Source: Mobula hypostoma
Taxonomy: Eukaryota
NCBI RefSeq assembly: GCF_963921235.1
Contig: NC_086108.1
Span: 68,698,001-68,762,000, forward strand
Reading direction: 5' to 3'
DNA length: 64,000 bases
The translations under genes and the position numbers were made by a program. The notes under the pieces were generated by a model. That model ran no database searches. It was given only the letters and a program-made list of their open reading frames with translations, and was not told where the DNA came from. Below are positions 37,600 through 48,930 of the stretch, piece by piece. Position 1 is the stretch's first letter; each line of letters starts with the position of its first letter.

Positions 37600-38207
37600 G
37601 AAAGTGTAGGTGTAGTGTATTTTGATTTCCAAAAGACATTTGACAAGGTGCCACATGAGGCAAAACATAAATTAAGAGACCATGGAACTGGAAGAAATTT
37701 GTTAGAACAGATAGAAACTGACTATCACATTGAAAAGAGAGTTGGAATAAAAAGGTCCCTTTCAGATAGGAAGGAGGTAACCAATGAAGTACTGCAAAGA
37801 TCAATTCTTGGCTCGAATGTCCACACTTTACATTAATGACCTGGAGGAAGGAAGAACATGTTGTCATAAGATTATGATTCTGAAATGGAATATAGATAAA
37901 TTGAGTCAATGGGCAAAAGAATGGAAAATGGAACTTAATGTGGGAAAATGCGAGGCCATGCAATTTGATGAGGGAAATCAAAAGACAGAATATCTAAATA
38001 GAGAGACACTGCAAGTGCTTTTGTCAGAGGAAATGATAGAGGCTGGTATAATTCTGATACTCAAAATTCATTTGGACAGCTACATGGATAGGGAAGGTTT
38101 AGAAAGATATGGGCCAAACAGGGACTAGCTCTGTTAGGCAACTTGGCAGACATGGGCGAGTTGGACCGAAGGGCCCGTAATTATGCTGTATAACTCCATG
38201 ATTCTAC
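37600..38207 (+). mobile_element. Decayed CR1 fragment
   Basis: YFDFQKTFDKVPH, YINDL, WAKEWKMELNVGKCE; CR1 tail. Confidence 0.75.
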
Positions 38208-38289
38208 AGAGAGTTCTAGAGATCAAGAGGAACCCTATCATTGCTAGGGTGGCGGAAGGATGAGGACGTGAGTGAAATGGAAGAGATGC

Positions 38290-38612
38290 CCCTTATATTT
38301 CGTTTGGGTATCCTCCAACCTGATGGCATGAACATCGATTTCTCAAACTTCTGGTAATGCCCCCCAACCACCCCGCTTCTCCATTTCTATTCCTTTTTCC
38401 TTCTCTCACCTCATCTCACCAATCAAATTCCCAGCTCTTTCCTCTATCCCTCCCCCTCCAGGTTTCACCTATCACCTGGTAGTTCTCTCTCCCCTCCCCC
38501 CACCTTTTAAATCTACTCCTCAGCTTTTTTTTTCTCCAGCCTTGCCAAAGGCCTGAAATGTCAACTGTACTTTTTTCCACGGATGCTGCCTGGCCTGCTG
38601 AGTTCCTCCAGC
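38290..38612 (+). mobile_element. Penelope-like 3' end/pLTR remnant
   Basis: atatttcgtttgggtatcctccaacctgatggcatgaacatcgatttctcaaacttc, homologous to the endonuclease C-terminus at 28234; gatgctgcctggcctgctg. Confidence 0.75.
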
Positions 38613-39459
38613 TATTCTCCAGCCTTCCACTACTTTATCCATAGCTAACAAAGGGTCAAAAATCTCTTCCACAGCTCCAGCCATTTGCTCCCTTGATTCC
38701 TTTGGTATCCTGAGATAATCAAGCCCTGAGGATTTAATGCTCTTAATATATGCTCATATTTCTAACATTTCTTCCTCCCTGATATAAACATGTGTCAGAT
38801 CCCCTAACTTAATAGATGTCATATTCTTTTCCCTAGTGAATACTAAAATGAAAATTCCTTCTAACAGAGGGTGTTGATGAGTCTCTGCAATTGTCTATGG
38901 GAGGTTCCAGAGCATGCACCAATGAAAGTACTTAAAGAGATGGTGAATATATATCGTTTTTAAAGATAAGGGATTTGAGGGCTATGGGGAACTGACCCAG
39001 AAAAGTATCTGAGCCCCAGGCAGATCAGGCAAAATCATACTGAGCAGTGGGGCAAGGCTTGAGGGAGTTAGGTATCCAATTCTGAGTCTTCTATTTTCAT
39101 GTGCTCCTGTATTTTCTGACCAGCTAGATGGATCTTTGACTAAAATTTTGGTGTTCATGCATGCAAATGCCTAACACCTAGATAATAGGTAAAAGAAAAT
39201 ATTAGAAAGGATTAGAGAGGAGTTAGGATACAAGTATGGTGCTAAAAATCAAATGCAAGATACCTTGGTTATACCCCATGTAAAGCACTGTAATTAATTC
39301 TAGACGGTCTGTAGAGGAAATTGCATGTATGGAGGGGCTATTCTACAGGCTCACCAGCATGGTATCACAGCTCAAAAGTTCATATCAAGAGATCTGGTTG
39401 TATAAAATTTGCAGTTCTCTGTTGAATACTGAAAATTAGTATTATTTTTATTAGTGAGG

Positions 39460-40350
39460 AGATTATCGCTGTCTATGGAATGATATTGATCAGCTGACAA
39501 TTTGGGTAGTGGAGAGGCAGATGAAATTTTATCCTGAAAAATGTGATGTGATGCAGAGGATCAAATTCAGGATAGAGCATACTACATATGGTAGTTTCTT
39601 AGGGGATATTGAAAAACAAAGGAACTTTGGTGTCCAAGTCCAAAAGTCCTTGAAACTGACAGTACAGATAAGATCATAAGATCTTAAGAAATAGGAGCAG
39701 AATTATCCCTTTCAACCCTATTCTCCTTCCTTCTCCTCAGAACCTATAAGACATTGGAGCCGAGGCAGGTCAACTGGATAGTGGTGAAGGCAAAGGGGAT
39801 CATTGTTTTAATTAGCAAGGATGAATAATATAAGAGCAGGAAGGTCTTAGTATGACTTTATAAAATGTTGTAACACTGCACAGTTCTAATCTCTATAGGA
39901 GAGATGTAATTGCACTGGAGGACACAAAGAGAAAATGCACCAGACTATTACCCCAGGTGGAATGCTTCTTCCATGTGGAAAGACTGGGATTGTTTTCCTT
40001 GGAGCAGACATGGCTGAGGGAGGAACGAAGACAGGTATACAAGAGTATGAGAGACAAGGGATAGATAGTAAGAAACTTTATCCAAGGCAGAGGCATCCAA
40101 GGCCAGAGGGCACTGGTATGAGTGAAAGATTTAGAGTGGATATGAGGAACAACACCCCACTGCCCCAGAAGTAGGCTGCAATCTGAAATGCTCTGCACAA
40201 GAGGCTGATGAAGGCAGACACTTTCAGAGAGTGTAAGCAACTGTACAAACATAGGAGTCACTGAGATATATTATGCTATGGATGATATGCTACTACAGAT
40301 AGTTAGTTGAGGGATGATCAAAGGGTCTGTCTTGGCATTGCATGATTCCA
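39460..40350 (+). mobile_element. Old CR1 3' remnant
   Basis: ggcagatgaaattttatcctgaaaaatgtgatgtgatgca (WQM.F.P.KC.VM) and downstream CR1-like motifs. Confidence 0.6.
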
Positions 40351-43290
40351 TGGTGGTTCATCAGGACAGAAAAAGAGAAACTACTTATGTTGATCATGAG
40401 TGCACTATTTGAAAAATAAAGCTACAATATACAAGGCTTTAAGGAGTTTGGTGGAAAGTAATAGTTGGAGGCAGATTGTGGAATAGCCTGAAAATACTTT
40501 CTTCCTGTGCTTGGATGCCAAGCCGGAAAGTTAAGGCAATAACTAGGGTGTTCAATACAAAGTTAGCCATTGTGACGGAAGTATCAGGTTATTAGAATGA
40601 TAAGATTAGATAGGAGTAAAAGGTTAGGAAAAGAATGAAGGTGATTGGTTTCTGCTCTGTGGAGATGGGTGAAATGCTTGCTGCTACACAATAGGTCCAA
40701 ATTTGATTCTGTGCAGAATGTGCCCTTGACCGCACGTAGAAACAATTATGCAAGACCTACCAACCATGACAGTTGTAGAACTGAAAATAATCTTGATGGC
40801 ACAAGTTCATTGCATTAAACCAAATATAGACAAAATGTGCTTTGAATTTTGTGTGGAAAAAAAACATCTTGAAAGAATAGCTTTTTGAATCAGGTGGCAG
40901 CTTTGACTAAATGCAGATCTGCTGACTACCACAATAAATTCAAAATGAAATTCATACTGATAGAAATTTTGCAGCTAACTTGACTTTTTGGGTGGTTAAG
41001 CATACAAGCACATCAAGTTGCTAAGCATTCCAGGAGTGAAGACAGCTGTAATTTTGCCCTACGGCTATATTTGAATTTGTCAGCTGTGGTGTGAATACCA
41101 GACAGACATCCTGATGCAGTTCAACACTTTAACTTCTGAAAAGTTAGTCAATTGGATACTTCCAAAGACCTGAGAAGCAAAGCAATAATTAGATAGAGGG
41201 AGGCTATGGATAGCAACTTTCCATGTTTTTCCCCCCAGTTAGAAATATAACTCTTGTTCAAACTGATTAACAATGGAAAATTTGGAATGGACTAAATCCT
41301 TCTGAACAGAACTCCAGCAGACATGTGTGAAGTGTATGTCATACTCCATCCACCTCTTAAGTTAATATCAGGGGCTTACGTTAGTCAGTACGATCTTGAC
41401 ATTCCCAGGAAAGAAGCAGACTATTACCAAGCTAGTTTGGCTGCTCAGTGGTTTGCGTTAAAAGAGATTCAGTGGACCATCATTGAGCCAATTACACTAA
41501 TGCAACCAACTACAGTTTCAGGTCCTCCTTTACCAACTAAAGCTAATTTTCCCAAGTGTAAATTGACCCCATAACTTTAGCAGAAGAATTGTGAAAAAGC
41601 ATAACTTGAAGATTGAAAGACGAGGTGTGTCACCATTAGATCGTTTAAAAAAAAATAGACTTTTCAATGAATGCCAATACCTTTATTTGCTTGACAATTT
41701 AAAATTTCTAGGCTATGAAAGCTCAAATTTGTACGGTGGAATTGTTCTGAAATGCAATTTCAACAAGTTTTGTCAGTTGTGCAACTGTGACTATTTTTAC
41801 AGTAATAATCTTTGACAGCTGAAATAAAAGAATGCATTGTAGAGATATTATCAAATACTGCTGTCTTTAAAGTGAACCCCACCTAAAAAACTTGTCAGAA
41901 AGAGTTACTGTAATCCACAAAACAGTCTAATCCTCAGGCAATAGTGTCAGACAGCAAAAGGCAGGTGTGTTAAGTTCTAACAACTTTGGTTTTCTATGTG
42001 TATCTACTCATTAACTTTGTATATGACAAACTTAAGCATTTTGTGGTCTGTCATGCAACACCAAGGTATCAATCATTTGTTAAGTTAACAGACCACATCT
42101 TGGGACAAAGACTTCTGGCGTGTCATATGCCAACGTAAATATAGATGTGAGAAATTTGCATTTCCTTGACTTAACTACAAATACAGTTTACTGCCAAGAA
42201 AATTTCTTTTTAAAATAATCATTCTTAAAGATTAAAATGAAGATTGCATTGCTTCTGCTTTTTTGGTTATATTTGCATTGCATGAAAAACCTTTATTTTG
42301 AAACTTATAATACTGTCACTTTAACCATTATTGGAAAAATGAAAGATTTTTATCTACTGGTGAAATGTAGATCTTTTCGGTCAATAAATCAAACTGGACA
42401 GGAAAGAGAATGGCTTAGTTACATTCCTTAATGTATAAATCAGTTTGTTGACTTAACTTTTACATGAAAGGTTAAAAAGCAATTGTATGTTTCCTTGGTT
42501 TACTTTTATTTGTAGCACATTCACCTATTTCTGGAATTCCTTTGTTGACATTAAACATATACTGTCTCCTGTACAAATGTAACCTCCCTCTGTTACCTAC
42601 TATAGTTTTCTGTTGGTTCTTCCTTTTAAAAGCTCAGAAATCAGAACTTACATTCTGTTCCCTTTATCAAAGATTTTAATATTTTGAATCAATGTTATTT
42701 CTTCTTACCAAAGTAAAAGAGCTCTATTGGGACAGGATAATGGAAATAAAGAGAAAGGCTTTGATTTTAATGAACATATCAGCTTAATATTCACTTGCTG
42801 CAGCTACAAACAAAATGTTTTAATTCCCAGATCTCAATGAACTAGTCAATATGAAAACAGGCCCTTCGGCTCTCAAGTTGTCCACCTAGAACATACTTAT
42901 AATAATCCTATTTTATTCTACCCACTTTCCCCCAGATTTTACCATTCCCAATGCATTCAGGGAAATTTAAGGGAGTCAATTAACTGACCAACCTGCACGA
43001 CACTGGGCTGTGGAAGCAGCACACCTCCAATGCCATATTTAAGTGTGCTGACAACACTACTGTTGTTGGCTGTACCAAAGGTGGTGACAAATCAGTTTAT
43101 AAGTGGAAGACTGTAAATCAGGCTGAGTGGTGCCACAATAACAACTTCTTAACTGAATGTCAGCAAGAGGAAGGAGCTGATTATTAACTTCAGGAGGAGG
43201 AAACTGGAGGTCCATGAGCCAGTCCTCGTCAGGGGACCAGAGGTGGAGAGGGTCAGAAACTTTAAATTCGTTGGTGTCATCATTTTAGAA

Positions 43291-45252
43291 CCGGGGTCCC
43301 CAACCTTTTTTGCACCACAGACCGGTTTAATATTGACAATATTCTTGTGGACCAGCCGATGGGGGGGGGGGGGGTGACGGTGGTGTTAATCGCGACTGGA
43401 ATATAGGTGATAAGTCAACTATAAGTCACTTATCAGTGGCTAATACACTCAATTTTGTTTCTAAAAGGGTTTATCTAACAAATTTAATATTAAACACACA
43501 GCACATATTTTCCTCGCATGAATATAGTGATAGGTCAATTATAAGTCATAAGGGGGTTCCTTATGTCCAGTCTATTCCGCAATTTAGTTTTCGTTGCATT
43601 CATTGCAGAAAACTCCGCTTCGCAGAGATATGATGTTGGAAATGGAAGCAAAGTTTTCAGTGCTTTCGTGGCTATCTCAGCTTTGACTTTGATCCAGAAT
43701 GCCGGCAGAGATGTTATGTCAAACATACTTTTCAGCCCACTGTCATTTGCGAGCTCAAGGAGTTGATCTTCTTCCCGTGCTGACATGGATGATTCACCGG
43801 GGACATTCACAAATGGGTCACAGACCCATCACTTTGCACGTCTTGGGTCATTTGAGGTTAGGAAGTAACGCTCGAATTCTGTTGACAGTGAAGATAGGTG
43901 ATCACACACCAGCTGTGAGCCTCAGTCTCTCCCAAATTCCCAGCTAATGTTGGGAACATGTCAATTATGCCCCTGTCCACTCGTCGTCCCCACAGTTCCA
44001 GTTTGGCTGTGAAAGCAGACACTTTATCTGCCAACTTGAATTCTCCCCTGAAGCAACAAATTGAGTTCATTGAGCAGGTTGAAGATGTCACACAGATAAG
44101 CGAGTTTTGCTATCCACTCCTCATCACTGAAGTGAGCTGCCAGCGGTGAATTTTTTCCTGAAAGAAATCTCCGTAGCTGCTCTCTTAACTCAAAAATCCT
44201 GGCCAGGGCTCTCCCCATTGATAGCCACCTGACTTCAGCGTGTAAGAGAAGGCGTTTGTGCTCTACATCCATTTCCTCGCAAAGCTGCTCAAACAGACGT
44301 GAGTTAATGGCTTTTGCTTTGACGTGATTGATAACTTCAACAACGTCACTCAATACGCCGTTAAGATCAGGTGACATTTTTCGGCGAGCCAGCATTTCCC
44401 AGTGTGTGACATTCAGGAGCAACCTCTTTGACTTGGGTAGCGAAACCAGACTCGTTAGGCCGTTCCAACAGCTGTGCTTCAATGTCCTCCGCTATGTCAT
44501 CGATTCTCCTTGAAACTGTGGTAGCTGAAAGAGAAACCTGTGCCATCTTGTTAGCTGCAGGTTCTCCCAACAGTTCATGGCACACGTCCTTGGCAGCAGG
44601 CAGAATCAATTCTTCACCAACAGTGAAAGGCTTCTTAGCCTTAGCAATACGGATAGCCAGTAAGTACGACGCTCTCAGAGCAGCAGCATTTGAGCAGGTG
44701 GTGGCTCTCAGCACTTGCTTCAGTCCCTCTTGCTCACGTTTTTTCCGCTCAAAAAACTCAACGGATTTGTCTTTAAGTGCAGGATGCTTGGAATCAAGGT
44801 TCCGATGCAGTTTTGAGGGCTTCATTGCCTCAATAGACAGCTTGTCTCCACATATCACACACAGGAGGCTCGGAACATGCGAGTCACCGGTCGCAATAAA
44901 GCCACATTTTATGTACGACTCGACATATTTTCTGTTGAAGAAAGTTTTCTTTTTTTTTGCAGTCTCGGCCTCAGCTGTCTCTGCGTTATCATCATCGTTA
45001 GGCCTTTTATGTCCCCTACCATCTCTTCCAAAGAAACTCTCAAGCGACGTTTGTTTTTTACTCATCGAGTAGTTGTAGGTTAATGACTGACTGATGTCGT
45101 GTGGGTAATGACCTCGCGTGCGTTCAAGTTCAACAGCGAGCATGACAGGGAATGAAGAAAGGTGCAGTTGACTCATATCGTTTCCTCACGGTCCGGTAGC
45201 ACATGCTTTGTAGCCCAGTACCGGTCCACGGCCCAGTGGTTGGGGACCATTG
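43291..45252 (-). mobile_element. Buster/Charlie-type hAT transposon, internally deleted transposase
   Basis: TIRs ccggggtccccaacc / ggttggggaccattg; TSD ttttagaa / ttatagaa. BED finger CVICGDKLSIEAMKPSKL...H; C-terminal LLPFPTSYLCEAEFS...KLRNRLD. Confidence 0.93.
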
Positions 45253-45972
45253 TTATAGAAGACCTGTCCTGGGCCCAGCATGTGAATGCAATTACAAAGA
45301 GAGCAAGGCAGCACCTCTACTTCCTGAGAAGTTTGTGTAAAGTTGGCATGACATCAAAAACTTTGACAATCTGCTATAGATGTACATTACAAGTATACCA
45401 ACTGGCTGCATCACAACTTGGTCTGGAAATACCAATGCCCTTGAATAGAAGATATGACAAAAAGTAGTGGATATGGCCCAGTATATCATGGGTTAAGCCC
45501 TCCCCATCATTGAGCACATCTGTATGGAGAGTTGTTGCAGGAGAGCAGCTTCCATCATCAGGGAAGCCCAGGGTCACTCCCTTTTCTTGCTGCTGCCGTC
45601 AGGCAGGAGGTACAGGGACCTCAGAACTCACATCACCAGGTTCAGGAACAGTTATTACACCTCAACCATCAGGCTGTTGAGCCAGAGGAGATAACTTCAT
45701 TCAACTTCACTTGCCCCATCACTGAACTGTTTCCACAACCTCTAGACTCACTTTCAAGGGCCCTTCATCTCATATTCTTAGTGTTTATTGCTTATTTATT
45801 ATTATTATTATTGTTTGTTGTTCTTTATTTTTGTATTTGCACAGTTAGTTGTCTTTTGCACACTGGTTGCCCACCCTGTTGGTCCAGTCTTTCATTGAAT
45901 CAGTTATAGTTATTCGATTTATTGAGCATACCCACAAAAAATGAATCTCGGGGTTGTACATGGCAACATGTA

Positions 45973-47599
45973 CAGTGGCATGCAAAAGATTGGGCACCCC
46001 GGTCAAAATTTCTGTTACTGTGAATAGCTAAGTGAGTAAAAGATGACCTGATTTCCAAAAGGCATAAAATTAAAGATGACACATTTCTTTAATATTTTAA
46101 GCAAGATTACATTTTTGTTTCCATCTTTTACAGTTTCAAAATAACAAAAAAAGGAAAGGGCCCGAAGCAAAATTTTGGGCACCCTGCATGGTCAGTACTT
46201 AGTAACACTCTCTTTGGCAAGTATCACAGCTTGTAAATGCTTTCTGTAGCCAGCTAAGAGTCTTTCAATTCTAGTTTGGGGGATTTTCACCCATTCTCCC
46301 TGGCAAAAGGCTTCTAGTTCTGTGGGATTCTTGGGCCGTCTTGCATACACTGCTCTTTTCTCTTTTGAGGTCTATCCACAGATTTTCGATGACATTTGGG
46401 TCGGGGGACTATGAGGGCCATGGCAAAACCTTCAGCTTGCGCCTCTTGAGGTAGTCCATTGTGGAATTTGAGGTGTGTTTAGGATCATTATCCTGTTGTA
46501 AAAGCCATCCTCTTTTCATCTTCAGCTTTTTTACAGACGGTGTGATGTTTGCTTCCAGAATTTGCTGGTATTTAATTGAATTCATTCTTCTCTCTACCAG
46601 TGAAATGTTCCCCGTGCCACTGGCTGCAACACAAGCCCAAAGCATGATCGATCCACCCCTGTGCTTAACAGTTGGAGAGGTGTTCTTTTCATGAAATTCT
46701 GCACCCTTTTTTCTCCAGACATACCTTTGCTCATTGCGGCCTAAAAGTTCTATTTTAACTTCATCAGTCCACAGGACTTATTTCCAAAATGCATCAAGCT
46801 TGTTTAGATGTTCCTTTGCAAACTTCTGACGCAGAATTTTGTGGTGAGGACGCAAGAAAGGTTTTCTTCTGATGACTCTTCCATGAAGGTCACATTTGTG
46901 CAGTGTCACTGCACAGTAGAACAGTGCACCACCACTCCAGAGTCTACTAAATCTTTCTGAAGGTCTTTTGCAGTCAAACGGGGGTTTTGATTTGCCTTTC
47001 TAGCAATCCTACGAGCAGTTCTCTCAGAAAGTTTTCTTGTCTTCCAGACCTCAACTTGACCTCCACTGCTCTGTTAACTGCCATTTCTTAATTACATTAC
47101 GAACTGAGGAAACGGCTACCTGAAGACGCTTTGCTATCTTCTTATAGCCTTCTCCTGCTTTGTGGGCATCATTTATTTTAATTTTCAGAGTGTTAGGCAG
47201 CCGCTTAGAGGAGCCTATGGCTACTGATTCTTGGGACAAGGTTTGAGGAGTCAGGGTATATATAAAGCTTTGAAATTTGCATCACCTGGCCTTTCCTAAT
47301 GATGACTGTGAACAAGCCATAGCCCTAACAAGCTAATTAAGGTCTGAGACCTTGGTAAAAGTTAGCTGAGAGCTCAAATCTCTTGGGGTGCCCAAACTTT
47401 TGCATGGTGCTCCTTTCCTTTTTTTCCACTCTAGAATTGTACAAAACAAAAATAATATACTAATCTTGCTTAAAATATTGAAAAGAATGTTTCATCTTTA
47501 ACTTTATGACTTTTGGAGATCAGTTCATCTTTTACTCACTTAACTATTCACAGTAACAGAAATTTTGACCAGAGGTGCCCAAACTTTTTCATGCCACTG
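45973..47599 (-). mobile_element. Full-length DD34E Tc1 transposon (IR/DR type), inactivated
   Basis: TA flanks (45971-72, 47600-01); TIR cagtggcatgcaaaag..gggcaccc with an inner direct repeat. QDNDPKH...WPS*SPDPNVIE gives 34 residues between D and E. Confidence 0.93.
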
Positions 47600-47789
47600 T
47601 ATGTACTTCGAAAAGAACTTTACTTTGAACTTTCAACTTTGAATCTAAAGCACCTTGAGGAAACCATTGGGAAATGGGCAAACTCCACGCGAACAGCATG
47701 TGAGGTCAGGATTGAACCTGGGTCACTGGAGCTATGAAGCAACAGCTCTATGAACTGTGCTAATATTCTCTGCACTATATGCTTGGCAA

Positions 47790-47975
47790 TACATATTATA
47801 CATTGCCTCCAATAATCCTTTCAGAATATTCCAAAGCATTTTATTGCCATTGGAAAAGTAATCGCATTTGCAGTGCTGGAAATCCAAGTTCCTATATAAT
47901 GGAGGGATAATATTGGTCAAGACACTGGGATAATTCCCTTCCTTTGTTTTTTGAAATCATGCCATGAGATATTCA
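47790..47975 (-). mobile_element. DeuSINE-like remnant
   Basis: Minus strand atctcatggcatgatttc...gggaattatcccagtgtcttgaccaatattatccct resembles the Deu domain, followed by an L2-like tail aaaatgctttggaa. Confidence 0.5.
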
Positions 47976-48049
47976 AATTACTCATTATCCTTTGATGAAT
48001 AAGTAGTATTTCTTGGTTACCCTCTTCTCACATTTATGTATTTATTTAC

Positions 48050-48312
48050 TGAAATACAGCACAGAATATACCTTCTTGGTCCTTCGAGCTGTGCCGCCCA
48101 GCAACTCTAATTTAACCCTAGCCTAATTATGGGACCATTTACAATGATTAATTAATCTAGTAACTGGTACATCTTTGGACTGTGGCAGGAAACCAGAACA
48201 CCCAGAGAAAACCCATACACTCTATGGGCAGACTTACAGACTCCTTAGATGACTTCAGACTCCGATGCCCTGAGCTACGATAGCATTGTGCTAACCAGTA
48301 CGCTACCATGAT
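48050..48312 (-). mobile_element. V-SINE (HE1-like)
   Basis: catctttggactgtggcaggaaaccagaacacccagagaaaaccca is the reverse complement of the V-domain. Confidence 0.75.
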
Positions 48313-48454
48313 GCCCACTGAATATTATTGCTTCACTTTCATGTCACCCATAATGAAAATGGCCATCTAATTATACCAAATGGGAAAAAAATATTTTCTG
48401 ATTTGATCTCTCCTAGTCACTTATCTTGTAGTCTCTTCACATTCACTGCTCAAG

Positions 48455-48930
48455 AAGTAAATGCAGGAATATAAGAAGCCATACAGATTAGTTAACACAG
48501 CCCAATGCATCACAGGCATAACCCTCCCCACTGTTAGTAGCATGTACAGGAGGATCTCCCTTGAGAAGGCAACATCCATTGCCAAGCTCCCCACTATCTT
48601 GCAGCTACCATTGGGCAGGAAGTACAGAAGCCTGAAAACCTACACCATCAGGTTCAAGACAGCTACTTCCCTTCAATCACTTGGTTCTTGAACCAATCGG
48701 CACAACCCTAATCATTACAATTTAGAAGCACTGTGTCCTGCTGAAGGGTCTCAGCTTGAAACATAAACTGCACATTTTTCCATAGATGCTGCCTGGCCTG
48801 CTGAATTCCTCCAGCATTTTGTGTGTGTTGCTGTAACTATTTTGATCACCTTGCCCTAAAATGGACCTCATTTTTTTTGTTCTAAATGAGTTATTTCTTG
48901 TAAAAACTGTGTATAATTTATGTTTAATTT
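48455..48930 (+). mobile_element. Rex-type 3' fragment with an inserted degenerate Penelope pLTR (about 48735-48830)
   Basis: VNTAQCITG, LPLGRKYRSLK; gtcctgctgaagggtctcagcttgaaac...gatgctgcctggcctgctg. Confidence 0.65.

Larger units (their letters stand above)
43018..47640 (+). mobile_element. Rex1/Babar-type LINE 3' part hosting a hAT and a Tc1
   Basis: AIFKCADNTTVVG at the start; LINE sequence at 43018-43290, 45253-45972 and 47600-47640; tail actttactttgaactttcaacttt. Confidence 0.85.
42850..47765 (-). mobile_element. V-SINE (HE1-like) split into 47641-47765 (head) and 42850-43016 (body/tail)
   Basis: Joining ...ggtttcctcaaggtgctttagattc to cttccacagcccagtgtcgtgcaggttgg restores a contiguous V-domain like the intact copy at 19590. 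Confidence 0.7.

Noticed and set aside
44428..45072. 214-aa plus-strand ORF (likewise 96-665, 36291-36617 and 54966-55355)
   Set aside because: Antisense shadows of transposase or RT frames.
44367..45176. Domesticated ZBED5/SCAND3-like host gene
   Set aside because: Bounded by TIRs and a TSD, nested in a LINE, internally deleted and frameshifted: a transposon copy.
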